From: Pecten maximus | Taxonomy: Eukaryota | Direction: 5' to 3' | Assembly (NCBI RefSeq): GCF_902652985.1 | Contig: NC_047026.1 | Span: forward strand, 2,831,307 to 2,895,306 | Length of the DNA stretch: 64,000 bases | In this document: in pieces, positions 25,085 through 39,904 of the stretch | Layout: each line of letters opens with the position of its first letter | Numbering within the stretch: the stretch's first letter is position 1 | Notes under the pieces: model-generated | Database searches by the model: none | What the model was told of the DNA's origin: nothing | The model's input: the letters and a program-made list of their open reading frames with translations, nothing else | Position numbers and translations under genes: made by a program

Positions 25085-25500
25085 GTGTTTCATAGATTAT
25101 ATGTGAAGATCGATCTGCAATTTTGCTCTGTGTTTAACATATTTTATTCTGTGAAGATCGATCTGCAATTTTGCTCTGTGTTTCACATATTTTATTATGT
25201 GAAGAGCGATCTGCAATTTTGCTCTGTGTTTCACATATTATATCATGTGAAGATCGACCTGCAATTTTGCTCTGTGTTTCACATATTATATCATGTGAAG
25301 ATCGACCTGCAATTTTGCTCTGTGTTTCACATATTTCATCATGTGAAGATCGATCTGCAATTTTGCTCTGTGTTTCACATATTTTATTATGTGAAGATCT
25401 GCATTTTTACTCTGTGTTTCACATATCACATTATATAAAGATCTGCAATTTCGCCGTGTGTTGGTTTCACATATCATATTATGTGAAGATCTGCAATTTT
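25085..25500. repeat. Minisatellite, ~58-bp unit ('ctctgtgtttcacatattttattatgtgaagatcgatctgcaattttg'), ~7 copies
   Basis: Direct reading. ORFs 24971-25438, 25171-25518 and 25286-25477 are repeat translations. Confidence 0.9.
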
Positions 25501-26123
25501 GCTATTATGTTTTCCTAATTGAGCAGAATACAATTTAATCAATATATATATAGTGATTAATCCACTGGAAATGTATTTCAGACTCGAGTTCTTTACAGTA
25601 TACAGCAGTATAACACAAAATAAGTGTTAGTGATCAGGAGTATACATGGTGAACGATGATCATACAAATAAACTAACTATAAAAGTTCGTAAGTATGTGT
25701 CAACATCCAAGCATGATAGATAAGCTGCAACTGCTACCTGGTAAGAAAATATGTGCATCAATCGGCAAACAATTGTTCCCGAATGATCAATACACATTCC
25801 ATACTAGATTAGCATGCCAATGCACTCGCAGGAAAAAACACTACATGATGCGTAACATGATCCAGTCAGTATCGGCCCATGTGGGAAACCTGCAACATTT
25901 ATATATTAAAAGGTAGACTTCCTTCATACTTGTTGGAACCAGTAACACACCTGCTATATATATTTATAAGTCTACTACATTTATACACCTTAACATTTTA
26001 TTTTCATCTTGATTTTGTCCATCTGTCTGTTAATATAATCGTAAATCTGGATAAAATATCAATTATTGTATTTACCTAAAAGTGGACAATATTTGAGAAC
26101 ATACCCAGGTCATATGGAGGTCT

Positions 26124-26484
26124 AGTCCCCCAGGGCTTTTTTGGGGGCTGATTTGGGGCCGAATTTCGGCCCCATTCCCCACAGCAAAATTGGATATTTT
26201 TCCCAATCCGACCAGTTAAAATTCCCAATCGAATGATCTATAAAAAAAGTATGTCTTTAAAAATCTGGATGGTGCCGTCCCGTCTATGTTTTATTGGTTA
26301 TTCTGGCCTGATAAAGGGAGATAATGCTCTAGAGTCTAAATAAATATAGCATAGATCCATATTTGTGTCTACTTGTTATTTTTTCCATTATGTCCTTTTT
26401 TTCCCCAATTTACCTGTTGCCACGCATTTTTTCCCAATTCCAAAGCCATAAGGCCCCATTCCCAAAGTAGTGAAAAAAGCCCTG
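26124..26484. mobile_element. MITE-like element with ~100-bp long TIRs (arms 26124-26230 and 26369-26484)
   Basis: The left arm 'ccagggcttttttgggggctgatttggggcc...ttccccacagc...ttttcccaatc' matches the reverse complement of the right arm 'gattgggaaaaaa...ggccccattcccaaagtagtgaaaaaagccctg'. Both sides have short 'tcccc' flanks. Confidence 0.45.
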
Positions 26485-29400
26485 TCCCCATGCTAACCAT
26501 CCTGTTGTACAGGTTATACTCTCTCGCCCCATCCCAAGTACAGTAAGTGCTACGGTATGAATAATACATGTCTACACAAAGGAAGTAGGACCTTTGATAT
26601 TGAACCAAATCTGACACAGGAAATATATATATATAAACATACACCGAAAGTGTGAGGGTTCCATATATCCCACTGTAAAATTCCTCGATCAAGCTGGACT
26701 TTGTCATGTCTAAATCTCTTCATCAAAGAGCAGCCGTCAATACAGTAGTATATTAACGTATTTATCCTGTAGTACGCCCAGGGGGACACCACAATTTTTC
26801 ACAAATCAGTTAGTTACTTAGATTTACTGCCTACGTATATGACTCGTTTTAGGTTTTGTCACACCAACTGTTAGCACTAAAACAAATATTTCCATGATGG
26901 TGGAATGATATTGCAGAGCAACACATAGCATTTGTCAGAAATTATTTCACTAAACTGTGAAGAATAGATATGGTATACAGAACGTTGAAACACTACCTAT
27001 GACATGCATATAGCCCGATATAAAAATATACAATATAATTATACATAAACTGCCGTGATGTGCGACGCGACAAAAACCAAACCATTGTTATTCGTTTCAA
27101 CGCATTCAGATCAATGTGTACAATTGTCTAGATTCTACTGGGAACATGTACATGTTTAACTGGATAAAAATTCTGATCCAGTGACTACCACGGCAGACAC
27201 GAGCCTTCAATTTCCATGCTGTCTGCTTTTCACACACAGCACTTGATAGCACTTGACGTCCGACAGGAAAAGACCTTGAGAGAAAACATAAAGTTGCATG
27301 TTGTCAAAGACAAGCACGACCTGGTGGGGCCATGGGAGAGCTGATAATCCATTCTGTTAAAAGCTGATGAATTTGACAAAGGAAGTCTGTCAAGAGATAT
27401 TGCTACCTAAAGATTAAAAAAAAAAACAACGTTATGACCTTCTTAACCCCCAAGGTGTACACATGTAGACCAATATTTTTTTTATAGAACCACTGACAGC
27501 AACATGGATAAGTGTTGGGAGGTCTCTGGACAAAAACATAATCAACACCAAAGGCATGTACATGGGAAGTGGGGGCTTGTTTTCATGTTAAATATGCCTA
27601 CAGGAGCACTGAACTTCTGCATGCTTCTGTATTTACATTTTGGCCCACAGCTATTTATATACAGAAATTGTGGTATATATATATAGCTTTCCTGATGGTA
27701 TCGAGTTCACCCACTCTCCCAGGAATGGTACAGTTGTGACATATCTCCTCTTTATTTGATATCCGCCATTTTTTTCTGCCACAGATACTGGATAAATATT
27801 TTTTCCCTTTTTGACAGTTCAGCGTCTGTTATTCCACAAGTAAAGTTGAATAAACTACAATTGTTGAGGATCGATCCCTGGTTTCAACCCAGAAGACAAT
27901 TTATATATTTTAATTCCTACCTACATTAGCAGTTATACAATAATATTTTAGACAAACTACAAATATATGTTTTCCTATACCTATATTTGCAATTATACAA
28001 TAATATCTTATACAAATTACAAATATATATTTTCCTACCTAAATTTGCAATAATATCTCAGACAAACTAGTCTCGAAGTTCATTCTTTCTCAACCCTCCC
28101 ACCCAAAATGTATCATAACTACGTACAATGTGTCTAGCATTGACAGTGAGTAATACCTGGAGTCTACACAAAAGTATGATTGAGTAATATTTCCCCGTGA
28201 CTAAGAATCCCCGACTCATCACCACCATTAGCGGTCCCACCTGTACCCAGTGACTTGCTATAACCCCAGTGTTTATATTTGTTTACAAGTCTGGTTGGAA
28301 TCTAGGCCACCCCAATCAATAAACCCTATACAGATAACATGCAGTATATAATACTGCCAGCAGTCAACAACCCGAAACCAGTCAGAAACTGGGCTTCTGT
28401 GACTATTGAAACTGGGCTTCTGTGACTATTTATAGCTCTACACGCTTGACCAATGACCCCAAGGTGACAGGACATGCCAACATGGCTTCCTCATATCGGT
28501 ATATATATGAAAGATGGAAACATTTTATATATGAGTGACCCAGACTGTGGTTTGCATGAGCCAGTTATACCAAAAGCTTTGATTGAGTGGCACACATTTT
28601 TCTCCTTTTTCTTTTACTCTAGGCCTCTGAGCTGAATACATCATTATAATGTATTTAGGTCTCCAGCCGACTGCCAGCCAGCCTGCCATACAGACTATAT
28701 ATGCTGTGGTGGCTGGCAGTAACACCAAAGCTTGTTGTGTATCACATCCAGGTAGATATAATAACATGTATCTCGGTCCACAGCTGTACCCATAAAACAT
28801 ATTGTACCACAGATATGCATACACATGTACATGTCCACCCCCCTTGCTTGGATACTGTTGTTGTTGACAGTTGTAAACAATGTTTCTGGGATTTTTCACA
28901 GATTTATCCAATGACGTAAACAAACAACATGTATTTGTACGGCAATAACACACCATTGCATAACCTACGTCATCCGTCCCTGATGAGATTCTGATATTTA
29001 AATATATATCCCACGTCCTTTAATCTATGCTATTACATGTATCTTACATCGATCCCTACATGCTACACTGAACATCCTGAAAAACCAGGTAGACATTTCA
29101 CCAGAAGTACTCAATACCTTTGTAACACTGAACATTCAGTGATGTGTGTAAAATATTCTAGGTCTTAGAAAATGTCAGTGTGTTGTTGATGCAGTGAGTT
29201 TGAAATAACAGTAAACACAAATATCTATCATTAAATGTTGATGATAATATAACATTTCATGTTCCATGATAACATACGTCTCAAATTTCATTGATAAATA
29301 AAGTGACAGGGAAAGAAATCAAAGTCCACACTTGATTGACCTCCGGATGAAAGTAAACACCATGTGGCTTCTCGTGGGTGAACAGTTCAAATAAACAAGT

Positions 29401-32400
29401 AACATTGTTCCAGAATTTTCCTGACACAAGTCATGTGGTATATCCCAATCCCTATAAATGTCAAACCTCCTCCCCTCCTTCCCCCTCCCCTCCCCCCCGA
29501 CCTTCCCAGAATACAGTGAGTAATTATATAAATTCACTCATACAATACACTCTGTACAGTATATTTAACCCCAAATTTTTATTTCCTTACTTAATTCCCT
29601 TTTGCCGATAAAGTGTTTCCTTCTTCCCGATCCTTTTAAAGCTACATACTTTATAAATTTCTTTCAATCCTACTGGACGATTTTTTATATTCGTCACATA
29701 CATGTATGCATGCCTCCACTTCCTGTGAAATTATAACAGTAATTTGAAATAGACCAACGTTTCCTGTCTAGGTGGTTTTGTGGTGACCGCAAATGGGAAC
29801 TTTTATTGTGTAATAAAATGCTTGCTCCTTGTAATTAACCCTCTGTAATATTAATGTAGCGACACCTTATCTAGTAGAACCAAGTCAGCAGTAGGTATTG
29901 ATGTTTGACGGCGTGTTTTTGACGTGGTGGTTTGACGTGGGAGGGATTTACCACACCTAAGGCTAATCCCCCGGCAGGTAACAGCTACACACATGACGTA
30001 CAGATCGTGGGCATCTCCAAATCAATATGGTGGAATTTCAATATAGTGGTATATAGGGTTGACAGATGTATTAGACAACATTGAAAACAAAATCTGGCTC
30101 TATATATAGACATAAACATGTGTATTTGTAACTGGAGTTGGAACAAACACTAATTATAACCTGAGAATAGAAGTATGTAATAATGTGATGCATATCATTT
30201 TACTGGTTGACGTCCTGATGATAAGATTAAATCATATAACATCAAAAGGAGTCATATTGACAATTTAAGGGCTTGAGTTGAGAAACCTTCACCTTCAAAA
30301 TGGAGAAACACAACTTTCAATACAACATTGTAAGTTACCAAGCAATTTCCAACTGTGTAATATCCAGAGAAGCAATGACTTAAATCAATATAAACAGAGT
30401 TGAGTTACACTAACCTTCAAAACCGAGAAGTTTATTTGAAATACTCGTAGGGTATCGTCAGGTATTTGAAAACAAGATTTAAAGGCGAACTGTTTCACCT
30501 TGCCTAGTACAATGTAAATGGGTATTTACTTATGGTGTAAGCCAGGCCAACGTTCCTTCTATGTATAGCCAGCGTAAACAGACCACATTTCTTTATCAAT
30601 AACCTGGATTCTACCTCCATCCACCTGTGCCAAAGGTGTGTCAGTTTACCTGGATCGTCACACGGATAACACTCACTCCCTAATAACAGGTCACTACAGA
30701 TAAGGTCGACTCCGTCAAATGTTTCAATGCCTGGATAAAATATTACCGTAACCATATTTAAAAGATTTTTTTCCCACAAAGGTTACGACTATTACCTTTT
30801 TTAAAAAAAGTATTTAACATCAATTTTCTTCCCATATATAAAATACCCAAAAAGTCAATGAACTTACATGTGGACCACGCTGAGTTTTTTTGGGTTTAAA
30901 CGGATACCGGACACCACTAAATGGCCTAATATCCTCCCCCTCACTAGAACTGAAAGGAGATTAATTCCATGGACATACTCTGGTTTTTCAAAACCTTTGA
31001 AATATCACATAAACGTCAGACAAATTACATAGTGTGGGCACAAACCCCAATGCTACCCTTCCTTCCTATAAGCCTAATCCAGACACAGGAAATTTAAACT
31101 ATATATTGTAGCTTGAATCACTTCATTACAGAACACCATCGGACTGTTATAATAATGTGGCAGTCAAACATTTGAGGAAAATCCATCCCAAACCCACCCA
31201 TACAATTTATATCAGCCTATTCATGGGAATAACCTACAAAGTAATATACTTGAACTTTGAAGCCATTGAAGACCCTTGCCTTGATCAGTCAGTGTTAGCC
31301 ACTCCGCCTCGTAACTTAGAGACATTTCTACATTAAAAGATTAATCCTAGATATATTGATTTGTCATAATTTAAAAAGCCAGTGTTGTACTGTAAAAATA
31401 AAACTATCAACTTATTATTATTTGCTGATCAGATTTTGATGACCATGTCATTTTTGGATTATATTTACTGTAAAATCATTGTGAAGAAAACTTTTTATCT
31501 CTGGCCTGCTGCTATTGTTACGACATATGCCTACGTCATGAATATCATACGACATACGCGTGATAAAACTAATATGACATCAATGACGTCATGCATGCAA
31601 AAATATCTCGGTGGTAGAAAACTGATATTCAAGTTATGCTTAATTAAAATGAACAATATTAATGAACTTGTTCAATAATTGAATATGAAAAGCCTTTAAG
31701 CTTTGATCTTTGACATATTATCGCTACCATTACTTGTGCATCAGGAGGTACTTGTGACATTGTGATAATTTTTCCCACGTAAATCAAATCTATTTATAGG
31801 GAAACTGCAATTTTGCATTGTTAAAGTTGACAATGATTGACTTATTGGGGCATCAATACTTATGGGTCGTGCAAGTCTGAGATTAGTGGTCTAATTAAAG
31901 GAGCCTTCATTCAAACTAAGGCATGTTTCTGAAATGCAGGCTGCAGGTTCGTGAGTGCAAAACAGTATGTACATGTCTGTGCATATATAAGATTGAGCTT
32001 GACATTTATTGAGGCCAAACAAAATCTGTACATGCATTAATTATCAAATCTTCATAAAACCTGCATGCTTCGACAGCAGATTACCTTCAACCAACAGAGA
32101 CGTATTATATATGACACTATATGTATCCAAAATCAAGTCACATTGCATACACCAGATACATATATAATCAGAATAGAATAATCTCGGGTGTTTCTACTAA
32201 GGCTTCATCAGGATACCTAGTGGTAGTTTAAATTATACATCAAATGGTTCAACTATAGGACATGAAGATGTAACCTGTCAAGTTTGAGTTTAAATTTATG
32301 ATTATCAAATATCTCTGTAAAGTACATTCTTGGTTTCTTTTATAATAGCAAACTTCTTATTTTTTGGACGGGGTGAATTTTTTCTAATTGGGGTAGCAAA

Positions 32401-33039
32401 ATGAGATATAAAATGGTGAAAAATCAAATTCAGACTGAAATAGAAGTTCTGTTATAATTAGCAAAACACCAAGTATATTCTGTATCATATGTACAGTTGT
32501 ATGTCTTTGTGAACTTTGCTTGATGAATTTATCACCCCATGAACAGCCAGGGTTATTTTGAAGCAGGTCTCCTTGTAGTAGCTGGTGGCTACCTCAATGA
32601 ACAACATACAAAAAATCTGTTGCATTGAACCGTACAAGCAATTTGAGCAAGCAACTGGGGTTATGATTTCTCATATATATATACTTCACAGGGAGATCAT
32701 GTGGTTGCTTGCTAAAGGGATGAGAAAACTCTATAGGGGTAAGGAATTAAAAAGACAGCTGGCACACATGTACACTATGACACTACTCACATTAGCTATA
32801 TAGATTAGCGTTGTCATCGGAGGTGTGGGCACTGTCGCCTGTGCCCAGAGGTGCGGGCATGATCACCTCATATATATATATATAGTAACCCATGTGTGTA
32901 GCCAATGAGAAGTCCATGTTTTGTCATGTGATGTACTGAATTATTTCAGATTCCTGATTTTGACCATTTTGAGGAGTAAAAGAACAATATGGACTAGGTA
33001 CATATATAGCTGATATTCCATGGCACTTAAGGAAGTTAC

Positions 33040-33169
33040 CTGATGACTTTCTTGGGTTGAGGAATGTCTTTTTTCTTGAGGAATTTCTTTAAAAATGAAA
33101 CAATATCTTCTCCCACTTGTTCTTCAGTCAGAGATTCCATATACAGGGCCTCTTTTCCACTTAGCCAAC
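33040..33169 (-). CDS. Polyamine oxidase, exon 3
   Basis: Translation '(G)WLSGKEALYMESLTEEQVGEDIVSFLKKFLKKKDIPQPKKVI(R)' aligns to human PAOX '[43 protein letters not shown]'. The acceptor is 'cttgtttcag|gttgg' and the donor is 'atcag|gtaact'. The exon is 130 nt, which matches the phase required by exons 2 and 4. Confidence 0.8.
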
Positions 33170-35259
33170 CTGAAACAAGACATAGCTACATTGAATGACA
33201 AAAAAATATTGACATTCAACTAAAATTTTTTTTTCAGAAAGTCAGTTTTTATATTCCACACAACTACTAGTAGTAGTTCATGGATCATAGGGGCGCGCCT
33301 GTACTAAAGGACTTGATACATGTTTATGACCAAAAAAGTTCCATCACCTGATCAACGGACCAGACCACGGGAGCTGTTCCCAGGTCAACATAAATAAATA
33401 TATATGAGTGTAATATATATCTGGGAACATAGACTGGTGCCCCAGGCGGATATATGCAGATAACGAGTCTTTGTCTTAGGTCAGTGGAGCAGTATCAGTC
33501 CGTCACCAGTACTTGTATACTGTCTGTGACACTAAAACAGAGGATTGTTATTTTCAAATTGCTGATTAGCCCGTCCCTTTGGAGGTGGTACAACATAAAT
33601 TCATCTGTACAATTAACATGCAGGGTTCATATTATATCCTGGACCAAAAAATCATGGGTCATTTTGACAAGGTTTCAGAAATCGTATGGGCTAAAACATA
33701 TCAAATTGAAGAAATTTGTGAGTTTTGGTGGGTAATTTTGGAAAATATGGGGCAAATGACCCCATGGTCCCCTCCAGAGTTATTCCTGAACATGAATAAC
33801 TGAATTCTGTTGATCTTGCTGTCTGGTGTCCAAATTTGCAGTGATGGGCACCTTTATTGATAACTGGTAGTAATTATATTTAAACATTTATTGAATTGAC
33901 TTTGACATGCGACTAATTCAGGAATTTATTTAACTTTCGAAAGATCAATTATGTAATATTATTCAAAGGTTTCAAGTTATAAGCTCTTAGATATATATAT
34001 TTTTTCATAATTGATCTAAACTGTTCAAAACAGGTGTTTTTCTCAGCAGTCAGATTTTTTTTTAGTATGTATCTGATTTTATGACTACAGTAATATTGAA
34101 CAAAACTTGCTTCCATGCATTAAAATCATAATTCAAAATGGTGAAATTTTCCCTCTTAGGATCTTATCCAATTAAAATAAGTTAATATAAAGTGTTAATC
34201 AACTATATATATGGACAAATCTGAAGAAAAGGAATTTGAACTAATATATGGACTACTGAGCAAGATTATTAACAACATTTACAATACACTACCTTTGTAG
34301 TACATATATATACGCCAACAATTATAAACTGACCATAACATTAAACTGACCATAACATTGAACTGACCGGTACAAGGTAACTAGCTAGTCGAAGTGTTTA
34401 GATCAATGTATCCGGCTAAATACACACATCCTGGCCATGGCCTAAGTATATATACATATACATATTTAGCAATGCAGATCTGAGAAATCTCCCAAGACGT
34501 CAAGTCTGGTCAAAACTCTGATAATAATTAGCTCAAATGTTTATGTTGGGGATCAAATAAAATTATAACTACTTCAAATGTTATCAGAATACAGAAACTT
34601 CAAGCTTCAGATCACATCTTATACATTTATATTACACAACTTTGCGATATTGGATACACTTCAGTAGTTTACAGATTCTCCCCAGAACTGTTGTGTAGTC
34701 TAGATCTATATATACGTATACCCAATATGTATACATGTACAATGTCCAGGGCCCTGAGGGATAATTCTAGGTCACAAGCATTTAGAGTGAATTTCTGTGC
34801 TTTGAAGAAAATAAAGTGGACAAGATTAGGATTTTAATTTTCCAATACCATAAATTTAACACATTCTCAAAATTATTGTCTAAATTTCCTAATCACACCC
34901 TAAAAAAATTTTGTGCCAATTATTGAATTATTGAAATGTCGAAAGAAAAGCAAGCTGGGTTTCCGAGGGGAAAAACTGATATTTGTATATAATGAATTTT
35001 ATATCATAAGACATGAATTACGGCACTCATCAAATCACATGTGCAGATTTTGATAATTTTTCACAACATGATCAGACACATGTACATTATCAAAGTTACT
35101 GTTAGGTATGTCCTGACTTGACTTGTGAATGTATGCATGTAGTTCAGTATTATATCTTGGTGTTTCCATGGAGGGCAAGCTTAAGTCAGAAAAAACTCAC
35201 CAGGTTCATGGTTAATTCCCGAATCAGGTATATGAAATATAGCTTTGATGGAGTATATA

Positions 35260-35477
35260 TTTGATTTATTTTGTTTAACGTCCAATTAACAGCCAGGGTG
35301 ATTTAAGGACGTGCCAGGTTTGGAGGTGGAGGAAAGTTGGAGTACCTGCAGGAAAAACCACCAACCTACGGTCAGTACCTGGCAACTGCCCCATGTAGGT
35401 TTCGAACTCGCAACCCAGAGGTGATAAAGTGATAAAGGTGTGTCGGGACACCTTAATCACTTGGCCACCATGGCCCC
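35260..35477 (-). mobile_element. tRNA-derived SINE (218 bp) in minus orientation with a ~14-bp TSD. It lies in PAO intron 2.
   Basis: Minus-strand head 'ggggccatggtggccaagtgattaaggtgtcccgacac...gggttgcgagttcgaaacctac' shows A-box and B-box-like motifs. The AT-rich tail is 'caaaataaatcaa'. Flanking direct repeats 'tttgatggagtata' lie at 35244-35259 and 35478-35492. Confidence 0.75.
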
Positions 35478-38400
35478 TTTTGATGGAGTATACTTTATAT
35501 ATGCTTTAAATTTCTGTATCGAGATATTGATACATGTATGTAAAATATACAAAGAACTAACTTCTATATCATGGAATTCTCAGAACTCACGATGATCTGT
35601 CAGATAGATAGAATTTTATGGATGTAATCATTATTTCCTTGTCTTCAATTTGCAAATTACCTGGTACAGTATACGTACTTGTCTTACCGAGCAAACATCT
35701 GGATAAAGGTTACGGAATTTGAAGAATGCTAGTTATTCAAATGTAATAAGTCTACAGACGCACCTCATAAATCTAAAACTTGCACAAAAACTAAACTCTG
35801 ATTACAAGGAAATGGATCTTTTTGATTTTCAACCAAACAAAAGATATCGCTACAGCACTGAAAAATAATTAAATGATATGGAAACACTAGTTGGTCTATA
35901 AGCTTGCTGGCTGTTTGTAAATTATATGATTATATATATATACATATACTCCATCATCAGTCAGAGATCGGGGGTGGGGTGAAACTGTGCGCATGTATTT
36001 TAAGGGTGGGGTGAAACTTACAGCATGTATTTTATACATAACACACAGCATATCATTTATGAAGGTTAGATAAATTGGAACCCATTATTTCCTCTACACA
36101 TCATTTACAAAACTTCTGTACTTTCAGGGTTGCTGTGTACAAATATATATATAACTTGATTCCCAAGAACTCAAAAGATTTTTTTTGTTTTATTTATATT
36201 TATGAAAGCAGTGATTGTATATATATGATGTCTTATATTATTTTGCAACAATACAGATAAAAGGAATCTTACAATGTTTAAATATATTCTATAGACAGTA
36301 TACAATTTGTATGTTCCAGTATATATATATATATATGCTACACAGACAAGTTTTTGTAGGAGATCTAGATACCTAGAGTTTGCTCTGAAGTGCTGAATTA
36401 TTGGTATGCCCAGAAATAAATGAGCCCACTTGCGTCAACAAGATATAATCTTACAAATTCCAACTGAACCAATGTAAACATGACCTATATATTTTCAGAG
36501 TAAATGTGATCAACTAAAACGCTGAACTAGTTTTCTATTGAGAGATACCAAACCATGACTATGTTTTATATATCTTTACAGTAGCTATAGCAACTCCAGG
36601 TACAATAAGATTTCACAAGTTCGTATTCCAGCAAAGTTTTATTTAAAACTTGAATTGAATGAAATGGGTGTTGCCATCATTTGCCTTGTTGTAATTATCA
36701 TAATTACACTCCCTCTGATTTGTAAATTTTCCTTTTGCGTCATGCAACGTTCTGTGTGCAATACATAAACTGTACTTCGAAGACTTTCTGTTTTGTCAAA
36801 TGTATGACCGCAATATGTTATGATTCATATAGCCTTGCCTTTAAATTAATAGTTACCACACCCCCGTCTTCAGTTAAATGTCTCATTATAATTATCAACT
36901 GATCAATTAATCAACCGGACAATTTTTTTATAAACTGGGTCATGATCAACTACAGCTTGAAGTATATATGGTTCATGTCAAGTTTACATGCGGAGCATTA
37001 TATCATTTACCCCAGATAATTATTACAATCACAGAACATTGTTGTTATGCAATTAGAGTTTATCGTGTGCATGCATGCATGGCCATGGCCATGGGGCATG
37101 GAAGCTTATATAATTATAATTAAGACAATCTATTATACATTCTAAATATGAACTTCTTAAATATTGGTATTAAAATTCTATGCAAAGTCTGAATATTTGT
37201 ATAATTGTATCAATTTAGATTTCAAATTACCTGTCATACTGTTTTGCAGTACAATTATTTGGTCAAGGCACTCGGCTGCACACAATTTAATTTGTATAGC
37301 ATATATATATTGTAGGAGCCTTAAACAATAATAATAATACTTATTGTTTATAATTACACCATTTTTATGTACCGGACTCGTGTATTCCATTTGGAATCCA
37401 TCCCAGGAAGACTACCGGACGTATAGAACTACCTACACCGGATGTTGGATCTCAATTTCTTTGTATTGTAGGAGCCCTTATAAGTTATATATAATTATGA
37501 TTATCAAAATAAACTTAAATTATAAAACATTTACCAAATTTATTGTCATATATACCTGTAAACTTGCTATATTATTGTGTCAAAGGAAAAAAGTGACACC
37601 TCAACAAAAACAAATAAGTTTGGGTTGTGCAGGTTGCAGATGGCTGTAATTACTCGGCACCTAATTAATATATCTGTTGTGATACTATAAGCTCCTAATA
37701 ACTTTCACCACAGTCCAGACAAAAAATACCTCACCCATCAAGGAAATTATCAATCAAATCTGCCCTAGTATGTCATGAATGAATTAACAACGTCAAAAAT
37801 ATATGTGAAGTGGACATAAATTATGGAATTTGTTCGCCTTAATATAACAATACGTGAAAGAAATGAAAATAACTATTCCTGAAATATGTTCACTGACACA
37901 ATTGTCACCTAGATATGTAATTCAGACTTGAAATAACAAACTTCATCTCGTTAAAAGCTTTACTTTATTTTATTGTAAATGGATATATATATATATACAT
38001 TTTGTACATACATGTATATATACCTATAGCTAATGCACAATCCCTATACCTGTATAATCGTACCAGATATTACTATAATCAGTTTTATGACACAAAGCTC
38101 AATGCCTGGTCATGGCCATGACCTCATAACCCAAGGTTCACTTATTATGATCTGATCATGCTAATTCACACTAGGTATATATATATTATATACCTGCAGT
38201 TATAATTAATTGATACTGGCTAGCTTTATTCATGATGGCTTCTGCAAATAGGTCATATTTCTCTGTAAGAGCAAATTTAATTATCATAATATTAATATTA
38301 TTGATGTACAGGGACACAGCCCAGATCTCCCATTTTGAATCGTTTGATTTTATGACCGGAAATTTTATTTAAACACTTTGTTTTAATTGCTTTAATTTGC

Positions 38401-39904
38401 AGCAATTGCAATTCAAGTTGTTGTACGTAACTACGTATACGCTTTCATTAAAAGATCATGAGGTTGATGCAAACATGTCAGATCTAGAATTGGGTCAAAA
38501 AGCTTCCATTATTGTTATCATAGCTTGAAATAACAATTTTGTTAATTTCCTTTTTCCCCCTTTACGTAAATCATAAGCACTAGATACATGTGTGCTCAAC
38601 TTGAATTTCTGAAACCAGGCCAAATAACTTCATAACTATAATCTCCCCACATTGCAACACATCCTGATCAGCCACATAAAACTTTGAAATATATGAATGC
38701 AATTGGTGTCTGATTTTCAAGTTTAACATCCAAAAACTTTTGGTATCACTACCTGCAGAACTTTGCTAATTAATCAACATGCACATGTATGAACATGTGC
38801 ATGTACACGAGGACATAATATATCTGACACACTCCAGTTTCTTGGCCTGATTTCATTGTACCACTTTAGGGGCCATCTGCAGATGTCCCAAATGTACAGA
38901 AACCACCTGGTTGAATCCCAGGAACTGACCTGTTTTGAATTTACAAAGATCAAAATGTGCATGTTTAGCAATATCGATAGCAACATCTCGTTATGTGGGT
39001 GGTGCATTGAAGCCGTTGCATGGAACAATGTACAGACCGGCTCAACGATGCCAATGGTAAATGCTACTATAGAGCAGCTGGGAGCAGTAAAGTCGTTATT
39101 TTTGGATTTGACTTTTTTATGTCCTGATTAAGGCATTTGATAAAGCAGCATGTGCATAAAATCTCGAGCTCGAGATGATCATGATGCGTGGCCGCACGTA
39201 CACCATAGTATATAGATGTAATTATTACTTATTTAGATTTTAGCTACCTTCTACGGATTTGGTAATCATCCATTTCCTGAAAGATCTCTGGAACGTGTTG
39301 CACTGTTGGTGTATGGTGGCCATGATGGCAGTTTTGGCAGACAAACAAACGGTAGGAAATGAAGGTACATATGTTCTTGAAACTCGGGATAGAATTTTAT
39401 CATTCAATCAATTTTCTCATCATATAATTTTAATGGTGAACATGGTTTTTGTCAGTATACTTGGTTTAGCAATACTTCCTAAGCAGAAGTATTACACCAT
39501 CGAAAGAATTCTTCATGCTTTGATAGATAAAGAGGAAATAAAAATATTCAACAAATTAGTCAATTTCCAGTACAGGATTAGTCAAGGAATATAAGGTCAT
39601 ATATTGCAATCGCCAGAATTTCACATCAAGAACTTGGAGTCACTTTAAAAGTCAAAATGAGAAGTAACGTTAAAGCAACACACATGTACACAGGACATGA
39701 ATGTTTGGTGCCTCAATTTAGGATCGAAGAAAATAAATGTAGACAATTTCAGGAGTTAACTGCAGATTTGGGGAAAATGGTTTTTAATGTACATGAAGGA
39801 ATGTTCAGTGCCGATAATCTAATTATCAACTCCAAAAAATCCATCAGAGAAAGCCTTGACAATGTAAATAATGTGATCTTTATCATTGTAGTTGCTATAC
39901 CTAC

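Noticed and set aside
38774-39028. Minus-strand ORF 'MFHATASMHHPHNEML...' that superficially resembled the PAO C-terminal 'GEATH...HGA' motif
   Set aside because: The resemblance is spurious. The ORF uses a non-ATG start as reported by the track. The genuine motif exon ([21 protein letters not shown]) was found at 21011-20895 with proper splice signals.
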